Assembly: GCA_965219385.1 (NCBI GenBank)
Contig: CBDCNM010000002.1
Coordinates: forward strand, 2,288,936-2,352,935
Direction of reading: 5' to 3'
Source: Candidatus Latescibacterota bacterium
GTDB lineage: Bacteria > Latescibacterota > UBA2968 > UBA8231
Length of the DNA stretch: 64,000 nucleotides
Under the pieces are notes generated by a model. The model ran no database searches. It saw only the letters and a list, made by a program, of their open reading frames with translations, and was not told the DNA's origin. This document shows positions 19,761-28,573 of the stretch, piece after piece (position 1 is the stretch's first letter; each line of letters starts with the position of its first letter). The translations under genes and the position numbers were made by a program.

Positions 19761-21310
19761 GTGCTAAAGCTGGTCCTACTGGTATTGCTTCTGGGCGCTG
19801 TGCGTTGCTCTTTCGAGCCGCGGGAAGAAATCGGCCAGGAGTCCGCAACGCCGCCGGTTGCGCCGATGGCCTGGATCTCGGTGGATTTGGAGGTTGCCTG
19901 GAAAAGCTGGGAGAAAGCCTCTTTCCAGCAAGCTCAAGAGCGCAATTGTCCGGTTTTGCTCTACCTGGCTGCACCTGGCTGCGAAGGGCTATTTTCCCGC
20001 AGCGGGGTGCTGGTGCGCTCCTTGCTGGAAGAGCGTTTTGTCGCTATCCGGGCAGATCCTTTTCGGCGGCCGGATATTGCCCGGCGCTACGCGGCCGGCG
20101 GCTGGCCCGCCCTGGCCATCCTGCTGCCCGACGGGAGGGCTTTTACCCTGGCCGTGGACGTGCCGCCCGAAAACGTGGAGTTGTTCCTGTGGCGCATCCT
20201 GAGCAATTTCGAAAAACAGCGGCCCGTCATCGAACGCAAGCTCCGGCAAGACGAAAAACAGCAGCTGCAGGCAGCGACATTCGAAGTCGATGTGTCCGCG
20301 GTCTATCAGGAGGTTTCGGCGGCGTTTGATACCCTCCATGGCGGCTTTGGCCGGCCCTTCAAGTTTCCCGAGGTAGGGGTCCTGGGCTTTTTGCTGGAGT
20401 ACTATGCCGCAAGCCGGGACGAGGCCGCCTGGCGGATGGTGCAAAGAAGCCTCGACGCGCTTCTGGAGAGCCCCCTGCACGATCCCAAGGGGGGGTTTTC
20501 GCCTATTCCCACACCCCGGACCGGCGCACTCCGGTGCGGGAAAAAGACGCCCTGGACCAGGCAGGTCTCGCACTGGTATTATTAGAAGCCTCAAAGTACG
20601 GAGGACAACGCTACGCAGAGGCGGCCGGGGCGCTCGTCGAGTACATCGCGACTCATCTTTTCGAAAGTGAGCGCGGCTGCTTCAGGGGACGCCAGGTGGG
20701 CGTGACGGCCGCTACCGGGACGCGGGGCTGGTGGACCGATCCGGTGGTGTACGCGGATCGTTGCGCTTTGTTGATCCGCGCCTGTGCAGCGGCGGCCAGG
20801 CACTTGCAGGACGAACGCGCCGGCCGCATGGCGCGAGCCGCCGGAAATTTTCTGCTGGAACACAACATTGATGCGGAGGGGGCGGTCTATCATTTTTATG
20901 TCGATGGCGCCAGCGAGGTCTCCGGCCTGCTCGAAGACCAGGTTCTGGTGAGCGCAGCCTTGCTGGACCTTTACGAGTTGAGCGGTGAACAAAGGTTCAG
21001 GGAAAGGGCTCGGGAGACGATAGGTTTCATGGAGGAACACAATTTCGATCCAGAGCGACAAGCTTTTTTCGATCGCCCCGACAGCGTCGAGATAGAAGGT
21101 CTGGTGAGCCCTCTACTCTTCCCCTATGTAGACGGCATGTTGCCGGCGGGCAATGCGCTGGCAGCGGAGCTATACGTGCAGCTTGGCGATCTTGATCGGG
21201 CTGGCGCCCTGCTGGCGGGGAAGCGTCTCACAAAGGCGCCGGGACGAGCCAGCAGCTCGTACGCCCGGGCCATTTTGTTGTGCGACAGGATTCGGTCCGC
21301 ATCCTTATGA
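19761..21310 (+). pseudogene. YyaL/DUF255 thioredoxin-domain protein, split by a one-base frameshift
   Basis: RPDI..RY..GGWP, D..HGGFG...KFP in ORF 19761-20585; GLLEDQ and D..LP.GN in ORF 20534-21310; break at G7T4 (20489-20499). Confidence 0.75.
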
Positions 21311-22209
21311 GAATACTGGTTACCGGTGCACACGGAATGCTGGGGCGCAGCCTGATGGGACAGCAAGGGACCGCCGAACTGATAGGTTGCGGACGCGGCC
21401 CCGAGCCCGTAGAGGGAGGCGCTTATCACCAGATCAACCTCCAGGACCGCAGCGCCCTGCACCAGCTGCTCGCCGCCCTGCGCCCCGACTGGGTGATCCA
21501 CACCGCGGCCCTGACCAACGTGGACCAGTGCGAGACGGAAAGAAAACTGGCGCGTCAGGTAAACCTGGATGCGGTGGCGCACCTGATCGAAGCCTGTGGC
21601 GAGATCGAATCAGGCCTGGTGCAGTTTTCCACGGACTATGTATTCGACGGGTACAACGGTCCCTACAGCGAAGGGGACCAGACCAACCCCCTCTCTTATT
21701 ACGGCCGCCTCAAACTGGAGAGCGAGCGTCTGGTGCTGGAAAGCGGAATCAAGGGTCTGGTATTGCGGACCTTGTGGCTCTATGGCTACATTCCGGGAGC
21801 GCGGCGCAACCTGGTCACCTGGCCCTTCGAGGTCCTGTCCCGCGAAGCACAGGTAGAGGTAGTGGACGACCAGTGGGGCAATCCCACCTATGTCCACGAT
21901 CTGGCTCAGGTAGTGATGGAGTTGTGCCGCCGGGATTTCAGCGGCGTCTTTCACATGGGGGGAGCTACCTACACGACGCGCTATGAATTGACCCTGCATC
22001 TGGCTCACTTTTTCGGACTCTGCGAAAGTCTGGTCAAACCGATTTCCACAAAGGCCATGGCGCAACGAGCCCGCCGGCCGTTGCGATCGGGCTTGCAGAC
22101 AGATGCCCTCAGGGCCAGGCTGGACATGTCGCCACTGGGATTTAACGAAGGACTGGAGCGGATGGCCCGAGAGGAGAGTTTTCGCCGCGATTTTGCTTAT
22201 CTTAGATAA
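21307..22209 (+). CDS. rfbD: dTDP-4-dehydrorhamnose reductase-like SDR
   Basis: TGAHGMLG, TNVD.CE, STDYVFDG, P...YG..K, DDQ.G.PT. Confidence 0.85.
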   Translation: MRILVTGAHGMLGRSLMGQQGTAELIGCGRGPEPVEGGAYHQINLQDRSALHQLLAALRPDWVIHTAALTNVDQCETERKLARQVNLDAVAHLIEACGEIESGLVQFSTDYVFDGYNGPYSEGDQTNPLSYYGRLKLESERLVLESGIKGLVLRTLWLYGYIPGARRNLVTWPFEVLSREAQVEVVDDQWGNPTYVHDLAQVVMELCRRDFSGVFHMGGATYTTRYELTLHLAHFFGLCESLVKPISTKAMAQRARRPLRSGLQTDALRARLDMSPLGFNEGLERMAREESFRRDFAYLR

Positions 22210-22366
22210 TGCGGACGCAATCCCCTATGTCAGACTCGATCTTGCTGGGATTGGGATCGGCCGTGATGGAGGGTTTTCGCCTTGCGCAGCGTTTTGAAAT
22301 TGATGGGGCGAGGACCTGGAAAGCCGAAACAGGGTAAAGCGGCCATCACCGATAGGTGTTGATCTC

Positions 22367-24055
22367 ATGGATCTGAGCGTCGTACTGCTCAGCTATAATA
22401 CCAGGGACCTACTGGAACAGGCTTTGCGCACGGTAGTGGATGCGGCCTCGGGACTGCAGGTGGAGATTTTTGTGGTGGACAATGCCTCGCGCGATGGTAG
22501 TGCGGATATGGTGGCCGAGAGGTTTCCGCAGGTAAAGTTGATCCGCAGCGACAGGAACGTGGGGTTTGCCGCCGGCAACAACATGGCCTTCAAAGAGGTC
22601 AAGGGCCGTTACGTGCTCTTGCTCAACTCGGATACCATCGTGCGCCGGAATACCCTGTGTTGTCTGGTGCGATTTCTGGACGGACACCCGGAGGCTGGTG
22701 CCGTGGGCTGCAAAATCCTCAATCCAGATGGCACCCTGCAGCCGGACTGCATGCGCGGTTTCCCGACCCCGACGGCGGCGTTTAGCAAGGTTTCGGGGCT
22801 CAACTGGCTCTTTCCCAAAAGTCCGCGTTTCGCCCGTTACAACATGACCTACCTGGACCCTGAAAAGATCCACGAAGTAGAGGTCCTCTCCGGCTCCTGC
22901 ATGATGGTGCGCAAGGAGACCATGGACCAGGTGGGCATGCTGGACGAGGACTATTTCATGTATGGGGAAGACATCGATTGGTGTTTCCGCATGCACGCGG
23001 TCGGGTGGAAGAACTACTATGTGCCGGATACGGAAATCATCCACTTCAGAGGTGAAAGCGGCCGCGCCGAGCCGATGCGGGTGCTCTACAGGAAAACCGA
23101 GGCCATGTCCATTTTCGCGAAGAAGCACATGCAGCACCGCTATCATTTCTTTCCGCTGTGGCTGTTGCACGTGGGCATTGTCCTGCATGGTCTGTTTGCC
23201 TTTTTGAGATACCTGGGGAAGAAATTCGCCCTGTCTTTACTGGATGGCTTACTGGTTCTACTTGGGCTGAAGTTGGGACTGGCCTTGCGCTTCCACGCCC
23301 AGCTGAAGCCTCTGATTCACACGATTGAAAGTTTGAGCGGTAAAATAGGCCTGGAGGCCTTCCCAACGCGCTGGCAGACGCCGCCGCCCTACACCGATCT
23401 CCAGTGGTTTTTCATCTATGTAGTCCCGCTGGCCACCTGGTTGTTCACTTTTCATTTTTTGGGCCTCTACGATCGCTACAAATTCTCGCCTCTCCGCTCT
23501 ATCGTGGCTGTGTCCCTGGGCTTTGCAGGCATAGTGACCATGGTATTCTTCTTCAAGGACTACAATTTTTCGCGCCTGGCGACTGCCGCCGCCGGGGGGT
23601 TCAATATCCTGCTGGTGGCCGGCTGGCGCCTGGGAGCCCAATGGGCCATGTGCACCCGCTTGGGCCGTCGTCTGGATGAGCGGCGCGCCTTGCTGGTAGG
23701 TACGGATGCGACCGCGCGGCGATTCCTGGAGTACCTGGGGGAGTTGGGAGGCCTGGAGTACGAGATCGTGGGCCTGGTCGGCCAGGAACGCGAGCAGCGC
23801 GGCGGGGTGGTGGCCGGCAAACAGGTGGTAGGCCTGGTGGACGAACTCCAGCAACTGGCCCAGGAATACGCTATTGACGAGTTGATCTTTACCTCGGGGA
23901 CGGTCGCTGATGCCCTTGAGAAAGCCGGCAAATTCCGAGGGCGCAAGAGGGTGAGGATCCGCTTGGTAGCGGGATCTTTTGTCGAATTGCTGGGCGATTG
24001 GATCCCCGGTTCAGCGGATGAACTGCCCCTGATCGAAATTTTTCCCAGGGATTGA
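22367..24055 (+). CDS. GT2 glycosyltransferase fused to a membrane and Rossmann-like domain
   Basis: VVDNAS.DGS, N.GFA..NN, LLNSD, FMYGEDIDWC; C-terminal TM helices and ALLVG. Confidence 0.85.
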   Translation: MDLSVVLLSYNTRDLLEQALRTVVDAASGLQVEIFVVDNASRDGSADMVAERFPQVKLIRSDRNVGFAAGNNMAFKEVKGRYVLLLNSDTIVRRNTLCCLVRFLDGHPEAGAVGCKILNPDGTLQPDCMRGFPTPTAAFSKVSGLNWLFPKSPRFARYNMTYLDPEKIHEVEVLSGSCMMVRKETMDQVGMLDEDYFMYGEDIDWCFRMHAVGWKNYYVPDTEIIHFRGESGRAEPMRVLYRKTEAMSIFAKKHMQHRYHFFPLWLLHVGIVLHGLFAFLRYLGKKFALSLLDGLLVLLGLKLGLALRFHAQLKPLIHTIESLSGKIGLEAFPTRWQTPPPYTDLQWFFIYVVPLATWLFTFHFLGLYDRYKFSPLRSIVAVSLGFAGIVTMVFFFKDYNFSRLATAAAGGFNILLVAGWRLGAQWAMCTRLGRRLDERRALLVGTDATARRFLEYLGELGGLEYEIVGLVGQEREQRGGVVAGKQVVGLVDELQQLAQEYAIDELIFTSGTVADALEKAGKFRGRKRVRIRLVAGSFVELLGDWIPGSADELPLIEIFPRD

Positions 24056-24081
24056 TCGGGCTTGCTTCAAGACGAATATCC

Positions 24082-25869
24082 ATGAAACGCACAATGATCG
24101 CTCTTCTCATCGGTCTGGGGATTTTCTGGGTGCTGGAGGCGTCCTCCGCCCGGACCCGCAACACCATGTCCAGCCTCAGGCTGATGGTCGAAGTGCGCGA
24201 CAGGATTCACCTTCACTACGTCGACAAAGTAGACAGCGTCCGGTTGATCGGCGGGGCCATAGACGGCATGGTCGCCGTACTCCCCGAAGGAGACAACCTC
24301 TACATCAGCGCGGCGGAAATGGCCGAGGTAGGAGACCCTGGACAGGTCCCCCCTCGGCTGGCCATGGACAATCGACAGCAGATGAAACTACTGGACGAGG
24401 CCTTTCACCACGTGTACCGGAAATACGTATCGCAGGTCTCGGTTGATACCCTGAGTCAAGGAGCGGTCTGGGGCATGCTGTCCACCCTGGACCCGCACTC
24501 CAGTTACCTGGCTCCGGATAACATCGAACAGATGGTGGAACGCTTCCGCGGCGACTTTGAAGGCATCGGGATCTACTTTGAAATCCGCCAGGGCAGACTC
24601 CTGGTCATCTCCCCAATCCTGGGGTCTCCGTCCTACGGGAAGCTGAGAGCGGGAGACCACGTCAAAATGATCGAGGGGATTCCCACCGAGGGCATCACCA
24701 CGGAAGAGGTGATGAAGAAGCTGCGGGGGCCAAAGGGGAGTCGGGTGCAGCTGACGGTGTACCGGGAAGGCAGGGGTGAGCTGGAGGTCACCATCCAGCG
24801 GGATCGCATCGATGTGAGCAGTGTACCCTATGCTTTCATGCTGCGGCCCGCCACCGGCTATATAAGGATAACCCGGTTTACCGAGAAAACCGGCGCCGAA
24901 CTAGGCCGGGCCCTGGAAAACTTGCAGGATCAAGGTATCGAGCGGCTGTTGCTGGACCTGCGCGGCAATGGAGGTGGACTCTTGTCCCAGGCCGTGGAGG
25001 TGGCCGATCGTTTTGTGGACCAGGGGGAACTCATCGTCTATACCGAAGGGCGAAATCCTTCTATGCGGCGAGATTACAGGGCCCAGATGCCGCTCCGAGG
25101 TGAAAGGCTGTCGTTGATTGTGATGCTCGACCACGGCAGTGCCAGCGCCTCGGAAATTGTGGCCGGGGCCATCCAGGACCTGGATCTGGGGTTGATCGTC
25201 GGCCAGACCAGCTTTGGCAAGGGATTGGTGCAGGAGCAGTTCGAGCTTTCCGGTGGAGGAGGGTTGTTATTGTTGACCGTGGCGCGCTACTTCACGCCCC
25301 TGGGCCGGCTGATCCAGAGGCCTTATACGGAAGATCTCCGGGCCTATGTCCACGAAGGGATAGACGATGTGGACCCCAATGCCGTGGATAGTTTGCGGGC
25401 GGCGAAAAAGGTGTTTTACACCGCCCTGGGCCGCAAGGTCTACGGCGGCGGCGGCATTACCCCGGACTCGACCCTGGAAGTAGAGGAGATTTCCGATTTT
25501 ATGAGACAGGTGTTCAGTAGTGGGGCCCTGCTCGACTTCAGTGGCCGCTGGGTCGGCAGCCAGAGCGACTGGCCCGGGGAATTCGCCGAATTTCTGGATC
25601 ACTACCAGGTGACCGACGACGCCCTGGAAGGGCTGCGTGGTTTGCTGGTTGAAAAAGCTGTAGAGGTGGAAGAGGAGGTTTACACGGCTCATCGGGAAAC
25701 CCTCGAGCGCGAGCTCAAGGCGGCTTTTGCACGGGTCCTCTGGGGAGAGGAAAGGCGCTACCGGATTCACCTAGAAGGAGACCACCAGGTCTTGCGGGCC
25801 CTGGAGCTTTTTGCCGAAGCCGACGAGCTAGTGGCGCAACGCCAAATAAATAACAGTGACAGGAACTGA
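24082..25869 (+). CDS. S41 C-terminal processing peptidase
   Basis: LDPHS, GIGI PDZ, DLRGNGGG, SASASEIVAGA, FGKGLVQ, GGGI.PD. Confidence 0.92.
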   Translation: MKRTMIALLIGLGIFWVLEASSARTRNTMSSLRLMVEVRDRIHLHYVDKVDSVRLIGGAIDGMVAVLPEGDNLYISAAEMAEVGDPGQVPPRLAMDNRQQMKLLDEAFHHVYRKYVSQVSVDTLSQGAVWGMLSTLDPHSSYLAPDNIEQMVERFRGDFEGIGIYFEIRQGRLLVISPILGSPSYGKLRAGDHVKMIEGIPTEGITTEEVMKKLRGPKGSRVQLTVYREGRGELEVTIQRDRIDVSSVPYAFMLRPATGYIRITRFTEKTGAELGRALENLQDQGIERLLLDLRGNGGGLLSQAVEVADRFVDQGELIVYTEGRNPSMRRDYRAQMPLRGERLSLIVMLDHGSASASEIVAGAIQDLDLGLIVGQTSFGKGLVQEQFELSGGGGLLLLTVARYFTPLGRLIQRPYTEDLRAYVHEGIDDVDPNAVDSLRAAKKVFYTALGRKVYGGGGITPDSTLEVEEISDFMRQVFSSGALLDFSGRWVGSQSDWPGEFAEFLDHYQVTDDALEGLRGLLVEKAVEVEEEVYTAHRETLERELKAAFARVLWGEERRYRIHLEGDHQVLRALELFAEADELVAQRQINNSDRN

Positions 25870-25928
25870 TTTTTGCCGTAAATTAAATGCTTCTGGTTAC
25901 GGCATGCATCAATATGGAGGATTGGAAT

Positions 25929-26636
25929 ATGTCTGGAAGGACCATGCAATTGGCAGGGGGCAGAGATATCGTCTTGCCCTTCAGCAAGGCAGTGGAGATC
26001 AGCCTGCGGAGCTTGAAGATCCGCTTCGGCCGTTCGCTGATTACGACCAGCGGGGTGATTCTGGCCATTGCCTTTCTCATATCCGTGTGGAGCAACAACG
26101 AGATTATCGACAGCCTGAGAAACGAGAACAAGAGCGAGCTCAATCTATTGCTCCAGCAGAATGGTATAGAGACGGGGGTCACCGAAGCCGGCGAGGCCTC
26201 CCAAAAATCCCGGGCCCGGATCCAGGAAGAAAAGTCCAAACAGGCCTGGTTGATCGGGTTATCGCTGCTGGTCTGCGTGGTAGGTATAGCCAATGCCATG
26301 CTGATGTCGGTTACCGAGCGCTTTCGCGAAATCGGCACCATGAAGTGCCTGGGCGCCCTGGATTCGTTCATCGTCAGGCTTTTTTTGCTGGAGTCTACCT
26401 TCCAGGGATTCGCCGGGACCTCGGTCGGGATCCTGATCGGCCTGACCTTGACCCTGGGCCTGGCCTTGATGGATTACGGAAATTACGTTTTTGCCTATTT
26501 CCCTCTCGCCGGCATTACTGAATCGGTGCTCTATGCGCTGGTCGTCGGCACCCTGCTGTCCCTGGTGGGAGCCATGCTGCCGGCTTACCGCGCGGCCAAG
26601 ATGGAGCCGGTGGAGGCCATGCGGGTCGATACCTGA
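25929..26636 (+). CDS. FtsX/MacB-family ABC permease
   Basis: GIANAMLMSVTERFREIGTMKCLGA and PA.RAA...P..A.R. Confidence 0.9.
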   Translation: MSGRTMQLAGGRDIVLPFSKAVEISLRSLKIRFGRSLITTSGVILAIAFLISVWSNNEIIDSLRNENKSELNLLLQQNGIETGVTEAGEASQKSRARIQEEKSKQAWLIGLSLLVCVVGIANAMLMSVTERFREIGTMKCLGALDSFIVRLFLLESTFQGFAGTSVGILIGLTLTLGLALMDYGNYVFAYFPLAGITESVLYALVVGTLLSLVGAMLPAYRAAKMEPVEAMRVDT

Positions 26637-26674
26637 TTGAAAATCTTCTATTCAAACACAGGAGCAGCTTGGCA

Positions 26675-27436
26675 ATGAGCGACGAACGAGAACAGAACGG
26701 CCAGGAAGAACAGCGCACAGTGGTGCGCACCCAGCAAGTGCAGAAAACCTACCAGATGGGAGAAACCACGGTCAGTGCGCTGCGGGGCGTGGATCTGGAG
26801 GTCTACCTGGGGGAATACATATCCATCATGGGGCCCTCGGGATCGGGAAAAAGCACCCTCTTCAACATGGTGGGCGGACTGGACAAGCCTTCCGAAGGCA
26901 AGGTCTACATCGACGAGGTGGACGTGGCCCAGCTGGATGCCTATGAGCTGGCCTGGCTGCGCTGTCGCAAGATCGGATATATTTTCCAGTCCTTTAACCT
27001 GATTCCGGTGATGACCGCCCTGGAAAATGTGACCCTGCCCATGGTCTTTGCCGGCCTGACCAGCGACGAGTCGCGCGACAAGGGCATGGAGTTGCTCGGC
27101 AAGGTGGGGCTGGGGGATCGCCACTCGCACAAGCCGTTCGAGTTGTCGGGCGGGCAGCAACAGCGCGTGGCCGTGGCCCGGGCCCTGGCCAATGATCCGG
27201 CGGTGATTCTGGCCGATGAGCCCACGGGCAACCTGGATTTGCGCACCGGCACCGAGATCATCGAGCTGCTCAAGAGCATGAACGAGAGTTCAGGGGTAAC
27301 GGTCATATCCGCCACCCACGACCACAAGATGCTGAGCGTCTCGGACCGGGTGGTATGGATAGCGGACGGCAGGATAGATCACATCGCCCTGCGGGAAGAC
27401 CTGGATATCGAGGTGACCCAGGTAGAAGGAGAATAG
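26675..27436 (+). CDS. ABC transporter ATP-binding protein (LolD/MacB-like)
   Basis: GPSGSGKS, LSGGQQQR, ILADEPTGNLD. Confidence 0.95.
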   Translation: MSDEREQNGQEEQRTVVRTQQVQKTYQMGETTVSALRGVDLEVYLGEYISIMGPSGSGKSTLFNMVGGLDKPSEGKVYIDEVDVAQLDAYELAWLRCRKIGYIFQSFNLIPVMTALENVTLPMVFAGLTSDESRDKGMELLGKVGLGDRHSHKPFELSGGQQQRVAVARALANDPAVILADEPTGNLDLRTGTEIIELLKSMNESSGVTVISATHDHKMLSVSDRVVWIADGRIDHIALREDLDIEVTQVEGE

Positions 27437-28221
27437 GACCGGTTCCTGATTATTCCACTGCCTTCTGGATTTCTGCTTTTGTCGCGGTCGTGGCCGTGGG
27501 CATTGCCAAGGCCGGCTTTGGCGGAGGCGCCGGGGTAATCGCCACACCGCTGATGGCTCTGACCATCCCGGTGACGGATGCGGCGGCCCTGATGTTGCCG
27601 CTCCTGATCGTCTGCGACTTCTTTGCCGTGGGGCACTACCGGACCAGCTTTGACCGGCGCAGTGTCGGCCTGTTGCTGGCCGGGGCGGTCTTCGGGGTGG
27701 GCATGGGGGCTTTTTTCTTTGCTTATTTCCGCGACAATCATCGGGTTTTGCAGGTGGGGATCGGGGTGCTGGCCCTGGGCTTCGTGGTTTTCCAGGCCCT
27801 GCGCGCCCTGCTTCTCGGTTTCCTGCAAAAGCGCCAGCCGCCGGCGGCAGAAGGGGTGTTGATGGGGGCGGTTTCGGGGTTTACTTCCACCCTGGCCCAC
27901 GCTGGTGGTCCCCCGGTGTCCATCTACCTGCTGCCCCAGAAGCTGCCCCGGGATTTGTTTGTGGGCACCACGGTGATTTTCTACGCTGTGCTCAATCAGA
28001 TCAAGCTGATTCCCTACTACAGCCTGGGTCTGCTCAAGGTCGGCAACCTGCTGACCATTCTAATCCTGGCGCCGCTGAGTTACGTCGGGGTCAAGCTGGG
28101 CATTTATCTGAAGGAGCGGTTCACGGATGTGTGGTTCAACCGGGTGGTCTATGCTGTTTTGTTCTTCGTCGGGGTCAAGCTGGTGCTGGGGAGGAATTTG
28201 CTCGGGGCGCTTTGGGGGTGA
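27433..28221 (+). CDS. TauE/SafE sulfite exporter family protein (start uncertain)
   Basis: G..KAGFGGG, G.VSGFTS..AHAGGPP, N..KL.PY; no canonical start codon at the expected N-terminus. Confidence 0.8.
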   Translation: MGPVPDYSTAFWISAFVAVVAVGIAKAGFGGGAGVIATPLMALTIPVTDAAALMLPLLIVCDFFAVGHYRTSFDRRSVGLLLAGAVFGVGMGAFFFAYFRDNHRVLQVGIGVLALGFVVFQALRALLLGFLQKRQPPAAEGVLMGAVSGFTSTLAHAGGPPVSIYLLPQKLPRDLFVGTTVIFYAVLNQIKLIPYYSLGLLKVGNLLTILILAPLSYVGVKLGIYLKERFTDVWFNRVVYAVLFFVGVKLVLGRNLLGALWG

Positions 28222-28311
28222 GGCTCAAAGACAGAAACGCCGGGCGGCCTTGAGGCCCATATAGTTGCGGTATTTCGCGCAGTACTGTCGTTCCCATGTC
28301 GATATTCAGAC

Positions 28312-28340
28312 TTGACAGAAGAAGGTGCAATCTTTAATTT
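28312..28340 (+). promoter_or_regulatory. sigma70 promoter of the aromatic gene cluster
   Basis: TTGACA-17 nt-TAATTT. Confidence 0.6.
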
Positions 28341-28357
28341 CAAAAACTACACGCCCT

Positions 28358-28383
28358 TGAATGTCTACTGAATGTCTACTGAA
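28358..28383. repeat. 11-bp tandem repeat
   Basis: TGAATGTCTAC twice, plus TGAA. Confidence 0.85.
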
Positions 28384-28391
28384 CGAATGCC

Positions 28392-28490
28392 ATGCACGAT
28401 CGTTTTTCTTTTGTTTTGAACCGATACTGGCGGCGCTCCTGGTACAGAGTTGGGAGAGCTGAAAAGGTGCGTCCACCTGTCGAGCCATAA
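28392..28490 (+). CDS. Putative attenuator leader peptide (32 aa)
   Basis: MHDRFSFVLNRYWRRSWYRVGRAEKVRPPVEP, between the promoter and a terminator upstream of trpEG. Confidence 0.6.
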   Translation: MHDRFSFVLNRYWRRSWYRVGRAEKVRPPVEP

Positions 28491-28515
28491 ACCGGAATTT
28501 AGTTGTAGATTTCAG

Positions 28516-28557
28516 CAAAGCCGCGGACGCCTTAGATGCGTCCGCGGCTTTGTTTTT
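28516..28557 (+). terminator. Intrinsic terminator (attenuator) before trpEG
   Basis: Perfect 15-bp stem CAAAGCCGCGGACGC-cttagat-GCGTCCGCGGCTTTG followed by TTTTT. Confidence 0.85.
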
Positions 28558-28573
28558 GACGGAGAAAAGAAAA

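Noticed and set aside
22298..22350. Hammerhead-like TTGATGG-GGC...GCC-GAAAC segment
   Set aside because: Two core positions deviate from CUGANGA, and stems I and III are unconvincing
28340..28560. T-box riboswitch upstream of trpEG
   Set aside because: No GGTGGNACCGCG T-box sequence; a leader-peptide model fits better
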